Shown: positions 37,576 through 46,990 of the stretch, in pieces
Numbering within the stretch: the stretch's first letter is position 1
Layout: every line of letters starts with the position of its first letter
Source: Planctomycetota bacterium
Lineage (GTDB): Bacteria; Planctomycetota; JAJSAM01; JAJVHW01
NCBI GenBank assembly: GCA_965248445.1
Contig: CBDFJG010000003.1
Coordinates: 1,344,001-1,408,000, forward strand
Length of the DNA: 64,000 bases
Direction of reading: 5' to 3'
The notes under the pieces: generated by a model
Seen by the model: only the letters and a program-made list of their open reading frames with translations
The model's database searches: none
What the model was told of the DNA's origin: nothing
Made by a program: the position numbers and the translations under genes

Positions 37576-39444
37576 CTAGGGGGCCGAATCGCCCGGGTAG
37601 AACAGTTCGACGAACTCGTGTGGGAAGTTGCCCGCGCCCGCGGCGTCGCTGAACTCGCTGATGTAGAGGCCCACGGGCGGCCCAGCCGTGGACTGGCCCG
37701 AGCCGGGCGTCGGTGTGCCGACTGCGTCGGTCCCGGACGTCCACGACGTCGACACGCCTACCGGTGCGCCCGGCGTGCGCGCGTACGACTGATGAGCCGA
37801 TGTGAGCATCGCGATCGTTGCGCCGTCGATGGTGGTGCCCCCGTCGTTCCTCAGCGTGTACGTCTCACCGCCGTTGATGGTGGGCCACTCGGTTCCGCCG
37901 CCGGTCGTGGACTGGAAGTAGTGCACGTTGCTGCCGAGAGTCACGCCCCAGAACCGCTCGAAGTCCGACTTCGTCACGTTCCGGCCGATGACTACGTAGT
38001 CGCCCTCGGTGAGGACGGTGCTCGAGGGGAACGTGAACGTGCGCGTCGAACTCTGCTGGGTGACGCTCCAGTTCGAAATGTCGAGCGTGTCCGGCGGATC
38101 GACGACGGGCTTCTTCGTCACGGAGACGTTCGCGGAGACCGTGTCTCCGTCGAGCGTCGCCATGACGAGCCCGGCCACCGTGATATCCGCTGCCGTGAAC
38201 AGGAACCCCGCAGCAGGTGAACCCTGCGGGACCACGATGGTCGGTGGGAGCGTGCCGATCCCGTTCGTGGCGGTGAGGAACACGGTGGCGCCGCCCGGCG
38301 GGGCGTTGCCGTCGAGCGTGACCTCGAACGACTGCGTGTCCTCGCCCATCAGGTCCGCGACCGACGGGGTGATCGACACGATGTCGACGTCCACCGGCGG
38401 GGGCGTCGGGTCCCGCACGCGCTCGAGCACGCGCAGCACGTTGTCGCGGCAGAACGCCTGGCCGTCGGCGGCGATGACGGTGACCGACACCACGTCGTCC
38501 ACCGCCAGCGTGCCCGGGACCATCACGTCCACCAACGAGCCGTTGTTGAACACGCCCTGCAGCGTCGCCGGCGCGCCGCCGAGCAGCACGGTCGGTGGCG
38601 GCAAGGCGGTCACGCCCTGCGTCGCGACCCCGAGCACCTCGTCGATCGGCACCTCGGCGGGCTCGGCCGTTGCGAGGATGAAGGGCTCATCCGGCGACAG
38701 CGCGAGCTTCCCGGACGGGCGATCGGGAGGCGTCACCTTGATCTGTGCCGAGAACGATGACTCCCCCTCCTCGATTCCGACCAGCACGCCGTACATGCCG
38801 GCACCGCCGCTCAGCACCAGGTCCGTGACCGTCGCCTTGTTGCCTTTCCGGCGTAGCGACCCCAGGAGGTTCGGCGCCGTCGTGCCGTCCGGTTCGACGA
38901 CGCGGAGGATCTCGACAAGCGTGCTCTTCTTCGAGGTCTTGACCGTGATGTCGACCGTCGCACCGTCGACTCCGCCGAACGCGAGGAACTCCGACGTGCC
39001 CACTCCGTCGGAGAGATCGCGCTTCTTGAACTTCAACGGCTTGGGCGGCTTCACACGGAACTTCGCGCCGTATGCGCCTTCGCTGCCGCCCGCTCCGCGG
39101 AGCCGCACGGCGTGAAGTGCACTCGTCACGACCGTGTACGTCGGGATGCTCGCCTTGCGTCCCTTGCCGGCGGTCTTCGCACCCGCGGGGATCTCGTCTC
39201 CGTTCGCGTCAATCAGTGCGAGCTCGGGGAGGAGCCCGGACTTCTTGGCGGCCTTGACCGACACCTTCACACGTTCGCCTGCGATCAGGTGCGCTGTGAA
39301 CACGTCCTCGTCGTTCTCGCCGAGCACGTTGCGGATCTCGGAGTCGAGTCGCAACTTCCCGAACGACGGCCCGCGCGGAACGTCAGCCGGACGCGCCGCG
39401 GTGGCGAGCGCGAGCAGGACGAGAACGGGGCCGAGGGTGCGCAA
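37576..39444 (-). CDS. Secreted protein: basic PPC-like modules, Ig/TIG-like domains and lamin-tail domain
   Basis: Signal peptide; DVFTAHLIAGERVKVSVK; LDISNW..FTFP..TVLTEGDYVVI; PTPG; ISEF..EFVEL (LTD motifs, apparently permuted order). Confidence 0.7.
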   Translation of the reverse strand: MRTLGPVLVLLALATAARPADVPRGPSFGKLRLDSEIRNVLGENDEDVFTAHLIAGERVKVSVKAAKKSGLLPELALIDANGDEIPAGAKTAGKGRKASIPTYTVVTSALHAVRLRGAGGSEGAYGAKFRVKPPKPLKFKKRDLSDGVGTSEFLAFGGVDGATVDITVKTSKKSTLVEILRVVEPDGTTAPNLLGSLRRKGNKATVTDLVLSGGAGMYGVLVGIEEGESSFSAQIKVTPPDRPSGKLALSPDEPFILATAEPAEVPIDEVLGVATQGVTALPPPTVLLGGAPATLQGVFNNGSLVDVMVPGTLAVDDVVSVTVIAADGQAFCRDNVLRVLERVRDPTPPPVDVDIVSITPSVADLMGEDTQSFEVTLDGNAPPGGATVFLTATNGIGTLPPTIVVPQGSPAAGFLFTAADITVAGLVMATLDGDTVSANVSVTKKPVVDPPDTLDISNWSVTQQSSTRTFTFPSSTVLTEGDYVVIGRNVTKSDFERFWGVTLGSNVHYFQSTTGGGTEWPTINGGETYTLRNDGGTTIDGATIAMLTSAHQSYARTPGAPVGVSTSWTSGTDAVGTPTPGSGQSTAGPPVGLYISEFSDAAGAGNFPHEFVELFYPGDSAP

Positions 39445-39510
39445 GTCGGAGTCTCCGCGAGTCAGGACGCGCGAGAGGCGCTCCCGGACACACGTTATCG
39501 GTCTTGAGGC

Positions 39511-40254
39511 CTAGATGGACGTGTCGGAGGTGACCAGCGCGTCGGCCGGCACCTCTGGCGCGGGCAGCGCTTCGGTTCCGGTGATCGACGCCTGGCAGTG
39601 CGGGCAGGCCGATGATGCCTCGGGGTGGCGCGGCTCGTTGCAGTGCGGGCACGGCACGAACTTGGCCTGGGCGGCCTTGCGCGTCCCGATCCAGATGCCG
39701 ACCAGCAGCAGGACACCGACGGCGGCGACGATGGGCAGCACCACCGCAGAGACCGCGAGCACCGCGGCCCAGATCGACTCCGTCCCGCCGATCACGCGGG
39801 TCGACAGGCCGTCGCTCGCATCGGCGAGGGAGCCATCGACCGTGTGCTTGACGTCGGCGCGCAGCGTGTCCACGCCGAGCGCGGTACCGGCGCCGAGGAT
39901 GCCCGAGCCGACCATGAGGGCCGTGCTGTCCGAGATCGTCCCGATCTCGGCGGCCGCGACGACGAATCCGGACACGAGTTTGGGGAGCTTCAGAGACAGG
40001 TTCACGAGTTCGGGGGCGTCCGGGTTCATCTCGGCCAGCACCTCGACCACGGTCAGCACGCCGAGCACCACCATGACGATGGGGTCGGCGAGCCAGATGA
40101 ACTGGTCCGAGAGCGCGAAGAAGGGCTCCGCCCCGGCCGCGACCGTGTTCTCGGCGATGCGGTGGAGGCAGCCCAGGGCGAGGGCCGGGATGAACGCACG
40201 GTGGCCGGTGGCTCCGGCGAGCCCGGCTGCACCGAGGATGGTGGCGAGTGACAT
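39511..40254 (-). CDS. DUF4126-like membrane protein with C-terminal zinc ribbon
   Basis: GLAGATGHRAFIP; VEVLAE..P; CPHC...CPHC. Confidence 0.75.
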   Translation of the reverse strand: MSLATILGAAGLAGATGHRAFIPALALGCLHRIAENTVAAGAEPFFALSDQFIWLADPIVMVVLGVLTVVEVLAEMNPDAPELVNLSLKLPKLVSGFVVAAAEIGTISDSTALMVGSGILGAGTALGVDTLRADVKHTVDGSLADASDGLSTRVIGGTESIWAAVLAVSAVVLPIVAAVGVLLLVGIWIGTRKAAQAKFVPCPHCNEPRHPEASSACPHCQASITGTEALPAPEVPADALVTSDTSI

Positions 40255-40453
40255 TGAGACGTCTCCTTGCCCAGGGGGAGTCTGGACCGTTCCACCCCGG
40301 TCAACCGGGGCTCCGCCGTGATGGTTCGGCGAGTTTCAGCGCACCCGGCGTACCGCCTTCGCCAGGCTCGTGTAGAGCATACGGGACGTCCTCCCCTGAG
40401 GCCGCTCAGGCTCGCAGCCGGCCCCAGACCGCGCGGCGGTCAGGGCCGGCCGT

Positions 40454-41059
40454 TCACTTGGAGAGGGCGTCGAGCGCCATGATCAGGAAGACGGTCAGCG
40501 CGACAGCGGTGATCGCCACCACGGCCGCCACGACCACCAGGACCTTCTCGACCACGTGGATGGGCAGCCGCCGGTGCTCCCGGTCGAGGTGCATGCGGTG
40601 GTACCACCAGCAGATCGCCGCGGTGCCGGCCACCACGGCGGGGGAGACCAGGATCGCCAGGAACGGGACGGCCACCGTGCCGTGGAGCGTCGCGGTCGTG
40701 ATCACGAAGAACCGGCTCAGCCAGCGGGTCAGGATGCGCCGCCCGGCCGAGTAGTGCCGCGACCACGGGACGCAGATCAGCGAGCGGCACCAGATGAAGT
40801 GGCAGATCAGGAGCGGGATCCCCGCGAGCGTCCCGATCACCGGGATGACGCCGATCACCGCGATCACGGCCACCACGATCGCGCCCTGTTTGAGACGGTG
40901 CAGGCTCTTCTCGTCGAGCTTGGCGAGGAGCGTGGGGTAGTCGTTGTCGACCGTGCGCAGCGTGCGCCCCTCGTCGTCCACCAGGGAGCGCCCGCAGTGG
41001 GGACACGCGTCGGGTCGGCGGATCGCTCGGATCCGCGTGCGGCAGTGCGGACAGTTCAC
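40454..41059 (-). CDS. Membrane protein with N-terminal zinc ribbon
   Basis: CPHC..CPHC followed by TM helices. Confidence 0.7.
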   Translation of the reverse strand: MNCPHCRTRIRAIRRPDACPHCGRSLVDDEGRTLRTVDNDYPTLLAKLDEKSLHRLKQGAIVVAVIAVIGVIPVIGTLAGIPLLICHFIWCRSLICVPWSRHYSAGRRILTRWLSRFFVITTATLHGTVAVPFLAILVSPAVVAGTAAICWWYHRMHLDREHRRLPIHVVEKVLVVVAAVVAITAVALTVFLIMALDALSK

Positions 41060-41195
41060 GCGGGGATGGTAGTCCTTCGACGGTGCAACTCGGGCGCGCC
41101 CCCGGCGGTTCGGCGCTGGGTCGGACTTGTGAGGGACCGAACACGCTGAGACCGAACATGGCGCGAGACCCCTCCGGGCCGTCCATAATCCGGCG

Positions 41196-42086
41196 GTGAC
41201 CGACACAGCGCGTCCCGACGCTCCTCCGGCAGTCTCCTGCCAGGGGCTGCGCCACACGTATCGCGATGCGCTCGGCCGGCGCGCCCACGAGGCGCTGCGC
41301 GGGGTGGACCTGACGGTGCGCGCGGGCGAGAGCTACGCGCTGCTCGGCCCGAACGGCTCGGGCAAGACAACGTGCCTGCGCCTCTTGCTCGGCCTGGTGC
41401 GCCCGACGGGCGGCAGCGTGGCGCTCTTCGGCCGCTCGCCGACGGAGTCCGCGGCCCGCGCGCGCGTCGGGTTCCTGCCCGAGCGCAGCGCGCTGCACCA
41501 GTTCCTGACCGCCACCGAAACGCTCGATCTGTTCGCGCGGCTGCGCGGCGTCGCGAAGTCCGATCGCAAGTCGCGCATCGACCGGCTACTGACAGAGCTC
41601 GGCCTGACGGACTTCGCCAAGCGGCGCGTGCACGCGCTCTCCCACGGCACGCGTCGCCGTCTTGCGCTGGCGACCGCTCTGATCGCGGAGCCGGAACTGC
41701 TCATCCTCGACGAGCCGACGTCCGGCATGGATCCGCTCGTGCGCGAGAAGGTGCTCGCACTCCTCCGCGCGCACCGCGAGCGCGGCGGCACGCTCCTCGT
41801 CACGTCGCACCTGCTCGGCGACATCGCGGGGATCGCAGACCGCGCGGGTCTCCTGGCGGACGGCCGGATCGTCCGCGAGGGGGACCTCGCCGAGATGCTC
41901 CGACGCGCCGGGCTGCGCCGCGCGCTCGTGCGCGGCGGCGACGACGTCGACGCGGCGCTCGGCGCTGCGGCTCTCGCCGCGGGAGGCGAGGTCGTCGAGT
42001 GCGGTCCTGCCCAAGCGACGATTGAAGAGCTCTTCCTCGAGACATATCGGCTCGAGACGTACCGCGAGAGGCAAGAGGACGCATGA
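41196..42086 (+). CDS. ABC transporter ATP-binding protein
   Basis: GPNGSGKTT, LSHG, LILDEPTSGMDP, TSH. Confidence 0.92.
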   Translation: MTDTARPDAPPAVSCQGLRHTYRDALGRRAHEALRGVDLTVRAGESYALLGPNGSGKTTCLRLLLGLVRPTGGSVALFGRSPTESAARARVGFLPERSALHQFLTATETLDLFARLRGVAKSDRKSRIDRLLTELGLTDFAKRRVHALSHGTRRRLALATALIAEPELLILDEPTSGMDPLVREKVLALLRAHRERGGTLLVTSHLLGDIAGIADRAGLLADGRIVREGDLAEMLRRAGLRRALVRGGDDVDAALGAAALAAGGEVVECGPAQATIEELFLETYRLETYRERQEDA

Positions 42087-43342
42087 CGGCGTTTCTGGCT
42101 CTGCTGCGGCTGCGCCTACAGGAGGGCATCGCCGCGCGGCTGTGGCTCCTCGTTCCCGCGGGGTTCGTCGTCGGCCTGGTGGCGGCGCGCATCGCGGCGG
42201 GGGCCGACCTCGCAGCCCGCGCGGCCGCCGCGGACGGCCTTCTCATCGGGGGCGTGACCGCGCTGGTCGTGCTCGGCGTGGCGGTCCTCGCTGCGACGTC
42301 GTTCCCGGTCGAGATCCAGACCGGCGTCGTGAACGGCATTGCGTCCACGCCGGTCTCGCGCGTGACGCTGTTCGTCGCGGGCGCGCTGGGCCATGCCGTG
42401 CTCGGCAGCGTCCTGCTCGTCGGCGGAGTTCTAGCCGGCGTGCTGGGCCTCGAGGTCGGTGGTCTCGGGCAGGACGCGCGGACGCCGATCCGTGCGTTCA
42501 CGGCATTGACTGCGGAGGACGGCGCGAACACCGCGACGCGCGACAGCTCTCCGGCGAGCTTCGAACTAGCACTGACCCGCGCCGTTGCGGCCGAGGCGCA
42601 CGTCACCGTCCGGCTCGCTCCGCGCACGAAGTACGAGGGCGGTCCGTTCTTGCGTCGCGACAAGGTCAGCGTGCGACTGGTCGGCGCGGGCGGGGAGACG
42701 CGCACGGAAACGGTGGCGGCGTTCGCACCGGGCACGCCGTTCTCCGTGCAGATTCCGCTCGGCCCGGTGGAGCCGGGCGACGTCGTGCTCGAGATCGCAC
42801 GTCCGGCGGGTGCACTCGGGTTCGTGTTCCCGCCGGGAAGCGTGACCTCCGGCAGCGCACCGCGACGGTTCGCGACGAGTGCGCTGCTCGCAGCGCTCAC
42901 TGCCGTGCCGCTCGTGTTCCTCGCGTCGGTCCTCGCCTCAGTGACCGCCACCCGCTTCGGCGCACCGACTGCCGTGATCGTCACGCTATCCGCGCTCTTC
43001 CTCCATGCCGGTCAGGACATCCTGCGCGACTCGGCGGACCACGTGCTCGAGGTGCGCACCGCCGCCGCCGAGCACATGGAGGAAGTGGACGACCACGCCG
43101 GGCACGACCACGTGAGCGGTGAGGTCACCGCGCTTCACGGTGTCCTGGCCCGTGGCGCGCTGCTCGCCCTGGCGCCGGTTCCGCCCGCGGATGCCTTCGA
43201 CGGCGGGGGAGACCTGGCGTCCGGGGTGGCGCTCCGTGCCTCCCGGCCGCTGGGAGCCGCCCGCGCCGCCGCGCCCGCGTTCGTCCTGCTGCTCCTGGCC
43301 GGGTCGCTCCTGATCCGCGGCCGCGAGCTGGTCCCCCGTTAG
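42083..43342 (+). CDS. ABC-2 type permease
   Basis: TM helices, PVEIQTG..STPVSR motif, His-rich loop; ATGA overlap. Confidence 0.75.
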   Translation: MTAFLALLRLRLQEGIAARLWLLVPAGFVVGLVAARIAAGADLAARAAAADGLLIGGVTALVVLGVAVLAATSFPVEIQTGVVNGIASTPVSRVTLFVAGALGHAVLGSVLLVGGVLAGVLGLEVGGLGQDARTPIRAFTALTAEDGANTATRDSSPASFELALTRAVAAEAHVTVRLAPRTKYEGGPFLRRDKVSVRLVGAGGETRTETVAAFAPGTPFSVQIPLGPVEPGDVVLEIARPAGALGFVFPPGSVTSGSAPRRFATSALLAALTAVPLVFLASVLASVTATRFGAPTAVIVTLSALFLHAGQDILRDSADHVLEVRTAAAEHMEEVDDHAGHDHVSGEVTALHGVLARGALLALAPVPPADAFDGGGDLASGVALRASRPLGAARAAAPAFVLLLLAGSLLIRGRELVPR

Positions 43343-43506
43343 CGACCGCGCGCGTGTCCCTTCGGATCGCGTGGCGATCCTCGGCCACGCTTCGGGCGCG
43401 TGTCTTCCCTCCTACGCGTCCTCCGGACGCTACGGCGGGCTGCCGTCACGGCGCTTGCTCCGCAGCCACCGCGCCCTCGCGATCCGGGCTCCAGCGCGAC
43501 GGCTCC

Positions 43507-43532
43507 GTAGGGGCGGGGTTCCACCCCCGCCC
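43507..43532 (+). repeat. GTAG-type REP element (variant)
   Basis: gtaggggcggggttccacccccgccc: GTAG + GC hairpin. Confidence 0.6.
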
Positions 43533-43647
43533 GCGCGCTCGTGGCCGGGCCCCTCACCCCGTTGCTCGGCGTCCCCGACGCCGGCCTGTACCGTGTGCGG
43601 CTCGTGAAGGCGTCCGCCACAACGAGCGAGGCGCCGGGAGGTCTTCG

Positions 43648-44682
43648 ATGAACCGTGCCCTCGTCCTCATCGGTGCGCTCGCCTCGGCGGGCCTCGCCGT
43701 CTTCACCGCCGAGTCCGAAGCCAACTGGATCGCGCCCCCGGGCGGCAACCACCATCAACTCGGCCGCAGCGAGTGGCGGGTGCAGCGCGGCGCGACGGCC
43801 GTCGCGCCTGGCGGCGGAGTCGTCGATTGCTTCGACCCGAACAACCCGTTCGGTGGCGCCGACAACATCGGCGGGACCGTTCCGACCCCCGCGAACTCCG
43901 GCCCCGACGAGGGCAAGGGCCCGCCGCAGATGAACGGCGACGCTTCGACGGCCGCGGCCGGCGGACCCGAGAACCCCAGTACGACGGCACCCGAAGAGGA
44001 CAAGCCCGTACCGAAGCAGCGCGACCTGATCGAGGTCCGCGACTTCGAGATGTGCATGGTCACGCAGGCATGGGACGACAACTTCGGCCGCCACATCCGC
44101 GTGCACCTCGACGAAGAGGGAGTCATCTGGTGGATGGGCACGGACAAGAAGACGGAGATCCCGTCATCCGCCATCCTGCGCCGCAACCTCGATGCGAACT
44201 TCGGTTCGGCACTGATCATCGTGCCGCACCACTGGACCAACTGGCAGGAGGTGCAGGAGGCGATCGCGGCGGCGGGCAAGTCCGACGTCGAGGACTGCTT
44301 CATCGGAGTTGCCACGAAGGTGGCACCGACCGTGCTCAAGACGATTCGCGTCAAGCCGGCGACCGCGGACTTCCCCGCACCCGACGCGCCGTTCCAGATC
44401 CAGGTCAAGGGCGTGGACGAGAGCGGCGGCGCGCCGATCGTCACCATCAACGAGGTGAAGGCGGGCAAGGACTACGCGACGGACATCGCGATCGCGTGGA
44501 GCACCTACCGGCGCGAGCAGGGCGCAGTGGACACGAGCACCGTGGCGGCGACGCCGGTGATCCTCGACATCCACCGGTTCACCCCGATGCACCAGGCGGC
44601 GCAGGTGCTCGTCGTGCTGCGCGAGATCGGCATCCAGGCCGAGCGTTACACCGGTGCGATCTGGAAGCGCAAGCGCCGCTGA
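43648..44682 (+). CDS. Secreted hypothetical protein, possibly with two ExbD-like periplasmic domains
   Basis: Signal peptide, low-complexity linker, ALIIVPHHWTNWQEVQEAI and PVILDIHRFTPMHQAAQVL segments. Confidence 0.55.
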   Translation: MNRALVLIGALASAGLAVFTAESEANWIAPPGGNHHQLGRSEWRVQRGATAVAPGGGVVDCFDPNNPFGGADNIGGTVPTPANSGPDEGKGPPQMNGDASTAAAGGPENPSTTAPEEDKPVPKQRDLIEVRDFEMCMVTQAWDDNFGRHIRVHLDEEGVIWWMGTDKKTEIPSSAILRRNLDANFGSALIIVPHHWTNWQEVQEAIAAAGKSDVEDCFIGVATKVAPTVLKTIRVKPATADFPAPDAPFQIQVKGVDESGGAPIVTINEVKAGKDYATDIAIAWSTYRREQGAVDTSTVAATPVILDIHRFTPMHQAAQVLVVLREIGIQAERYTGAIWKRKRR

Positions 44683-44723
44683 GAACGCACCAACTCCCGT
44701 GAATCAGAGAGGCCGTGAATCAA

Positions 44724-44758
44724 AGAGGCCCGGCGTCGCATCGCGACGGCGGGCCTCT
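44724..44758. terminator. Hairpin between convergent genes
   Basis: agaggcccg-gcgtcgc-atc-gcgacgg-cgggcctct. Confidence 0.6.
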
Positions 44759-44795
44759 CTGCCTCTCCCGAGGTTGCGCTTAGCGCAGACGCCAA

Positions 44796-44894
44796 TTACC
44801 GAAGACGCTTGTCCCGCCCGCGGCCGGGCTTACGCCCGTGGTTGGCTTTCTTGCTCCGCCAACCCATCTTCCCGATCCGTCTGCGCTTGGCCAT
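44796..44894 (-). CDS. 50S ribosomal protein bL37-like (32 aa)
   Basis: MAKRRRIGKMGWRSKKANHGRKPGRGRDKRLR; KANHGxxP signature; strong RBS aggaggagg. Confidence 0.8.
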   Translation of the reverse strand: MAKRRRIGKMGWRSKKANHGRKPGRGRDKRLR

Positions 44895-45074
44895 CGGCAC
44901 CTCCTCCTGAGGGCCCGGGAGGGTAGCGGACGGCCTCCCGCGGGGAAGGAATCGAGGGGAGCGACCCTTCCGGCACCCTCGGGGGTTCTTGATCGTGGGG
45001 GGCGCGTGTCGATACTCCGGAGTCCCCGCGACGGAGCCCGGCCGGGCCCCTCGCGGGGAGCGCAGACAGCCTTG

Positions 45075-45148
45075 GGCGGCATGGCCAAGTGGTAAGGCAA
45101 CGGATTGCAAATCCGTGATCCCCGGTTCGAATCCGGGTGCCGCCTCCA
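45075..45148 (+). tRNA. tRNA-Cys(GCA)
   Basis: GGCGGCA/TGCCGCC acceptor stem, acgga-ttGCAaa-tccgt anticodon arm, GGTTCGAATCC T-loop, U73, encoded CCA. Confidence 0.96.
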
Positions 45149-45244
45149 ACGCGAAACCCTTATGGAGCAAGGGTTTGAGGCGACCCTCGCATCCGGCGAC
45201 CCCACTCCGTAGCATCTCTTGGGGAACGCCTGGGGGAACGGTTC

Positions 45245-46315
45245 ATGCCGAAAGAGGCCACGACGCACCTCTACTACCGCAAGGACCGCAAGGCCTGGTT
45301 TGTCCGCCTGCGAACGCCCGACCGCCACCACATACACCGCCGCGCCGGCAAGACCAAGGCCGAGGCCAAGCGGTTCGAGATCGCGCTCCTCGAGCGAGAG
45401 CGGGCGCGCGTCTCCGGCGCGATCACGCTGGGCGAGTTCCTCGGGCAGACCTACTTCAACGACCTCGTCCTGCGTGTCGCGGACAGCACCTACCGTGATC
45501 AGTCGCGACAGCTGCTCGAGGCCTCGGCCGCCCTCCAGGCGCCCATGTACGAGGTGACCGTCGTCCAGGCGCAGCGGTTCCTCGACGACCAGCTGCGCGC
45601 GGGCCGCGCGATTGCGACCGCGCATCGCTACCGCAGCGCGCTCTCGCGGTGCTGGACGGGTGCGCGCCGGCTTGAGCTGGTCACAGGGAACCCGTGGCGC
45701 GACGTGGAGCTGCCGCGGGAGCCGAGGAAGCCACCACGCTACCTGACGGAGTTCGAGCTCCGTGCGCTCTACAACGCAATCCCGGCGACCTACCGAGCAT
45801 CGGTGATCTTCATGGGGGAGACCGGCGCCGACGTGGGCGACACCCGACGCATGACGTGGGAGAACATCACCAGCGACTTCCGGTTCGCGACGTGGGTCCG
45901 CAAGAAGACGGGCATGGTGGTGAACTGCCCGCTGCGCCGGAGGGCTCGACACGCGCTCGTGTTGCGACATCGTGCGCGCGTGACGCCGATCGCGGGCACC
46001 GCGAGGATCTTCGCGCGCGGCGGAATCTGGACGACGCCCGGCCGGCCCTTGTGGCGAAAGGCAGTCGAACTGACTAACCATCCGAGCCTCCTGCGGAGGC
46101 ACCTGCGACATGTGCGCGCCTCACTCCTCGTGCAACGCGGAGTGCCAATTCCGTCCGTGGCGCGATGGCTTGGTCACACGTCGGTGCGGATGGTGCTGGA
46201 GCGGTACGGACACTTGGCGCCGACGGGGGAGATGGAACACGCTCTCGAGCTCTCTGAGCGAGCCGATCAATCCACTCGAGCACGTCGTACTCGTAGAACC
46301 TCCAACGCGACCTGA
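45245..46315 (+). CDS. int: Tyrosine recombinase/integrase
   Basis: GNPW, RYLT..E, RHLRHVRASLL, WLGHTS, RYGH; first catalytic Arg appears replaced (TGAD). Confidence 0.88.
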   Translation: MPKEATTHLYYRKDRKAWFVRLRTPDRHHIHRRAGKTKAEAKRFEIALLERERARVSGAITLGEFLGQTYFNDLVLRVADSTYRDQSRQLLEASAALQAPMYEVTVVQAQRFLDDQLRAGRAIATAHRYRSALSRCWTGARRLELVTGNPWRDVELPREPRKPPRYLTEFELRALYNAIPATYRASVIFMGETGADVGDTRRMTWENITSDFRFATWVRKKTGMVVNCPLRRRARHALVLRHRARVTPIAGTARIFARGGIWTTPGRPLWRKAVELTNHPSLLRRHLRHVRASLLVQRGVPIPSVARWLGHTSVRMVLERYGHLAPTGEMEHALELSERADQSTRARRTRRTSNAT

Positions 46316-46424
46316 GCCGGATCGCCGGGATCTCCCCGATCTGCGCCATGTCGCGGACGGTGCGCTGCGAGAACTGCAGCATCTCTGCCACGTCGGCGAC
46401 GGTCAGGAGGGCCGGTGTTGTCAT
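46074..46424 (-). CDS. Excisionase-like HTH DNA-binding protein
   Basis: LLTVADVAEMLQFSQRTVRDMAQIGEIPAIRLRSRWRF. Confidence 0.85.
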   Translation of the reverse strand: MTTPALLTVADVAEMLQFSQRTVRDMAQIGEIPAIRLRSRWRFYEYDVLEWIDRLAQRARERVPSPPSAPSVRTAPAPSAPTCDQAIAPRTELALRVARGVRRAHVAGASAGGSDG

Positions 46425-46990
46425 CGGAGCGACCCTTTTCGCCTCGCTTCGTACCACTCGTCCACCCACCGGCGCGCGCCCCTGAGCGCGAGGCCATGCT
46501 CAGCAAGGAAGCTCTCCAGTTGCACCAGAGACACCTCCCCAAAGTTGTTCGCGCAGAGTAGGTCGTGAGCCGACGCGGAGAGGACATCGTCAAGCGTCTT
46601 CATGCCGAGCTTGAAGAAGACGTTCTTGCACCGCACCGAGAGCGGGAGGTCGAGAAGTGGCGTTGAGAGCGGTAGCGTCAGGGATGATCCGTGTCTCGCC
46701 GGATGCGCTCGCCCCGTGAGCGCGTGCAGCCTCTTGCGCAGCCGGTTGTTCTCGTGGCACACCACGCGGAACTTGCCCTCCCAGCGGTGGGCCGCGTCCG
46801 AGATGCGCGTCCGCCAGAGGGCCTCTCGCTTCAAGCCCGCGTCTAGCTCCTCGGCTCCCCTCCGCGCGTCATCAATGGTCGCGTTCGAGCAACGCCACGA
46901 GTGCCGCACCACGCGGTCATTGGGCATCGGCCCAACCATGCGATGGCATTCCTCGCAGCGCGTTCGACGGTTGTCGGCGACCACGCCCAT
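46421..46990 (-). CDS. Phage protein with CxxC, coiled coil and RNA polymerase alpha-CTD-like domain
   Basis: LDLPLSVRCKNVFFKLGMKTLDDVL...DLL..NNFGEVSLVQLESFLAEHGLAL. Confidence 0.8.
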   Translation of the reverse strand: MGVVADNRRTRCEECHRMVGPMPNDRVVRHSWRCSNATIDDARRGAEELDAGLKREALWRTRISDAAHRWEGKFRVVCHENNRLRKRLHALTGRAHPARHGSSLTLPLSTPLLDLPLSVRCKNVFFKLGMKTLDDVLSASAHDLLCANNFGEVSLVQLESFLAEHGLALRGARRWVDEWYEARRKGSLR

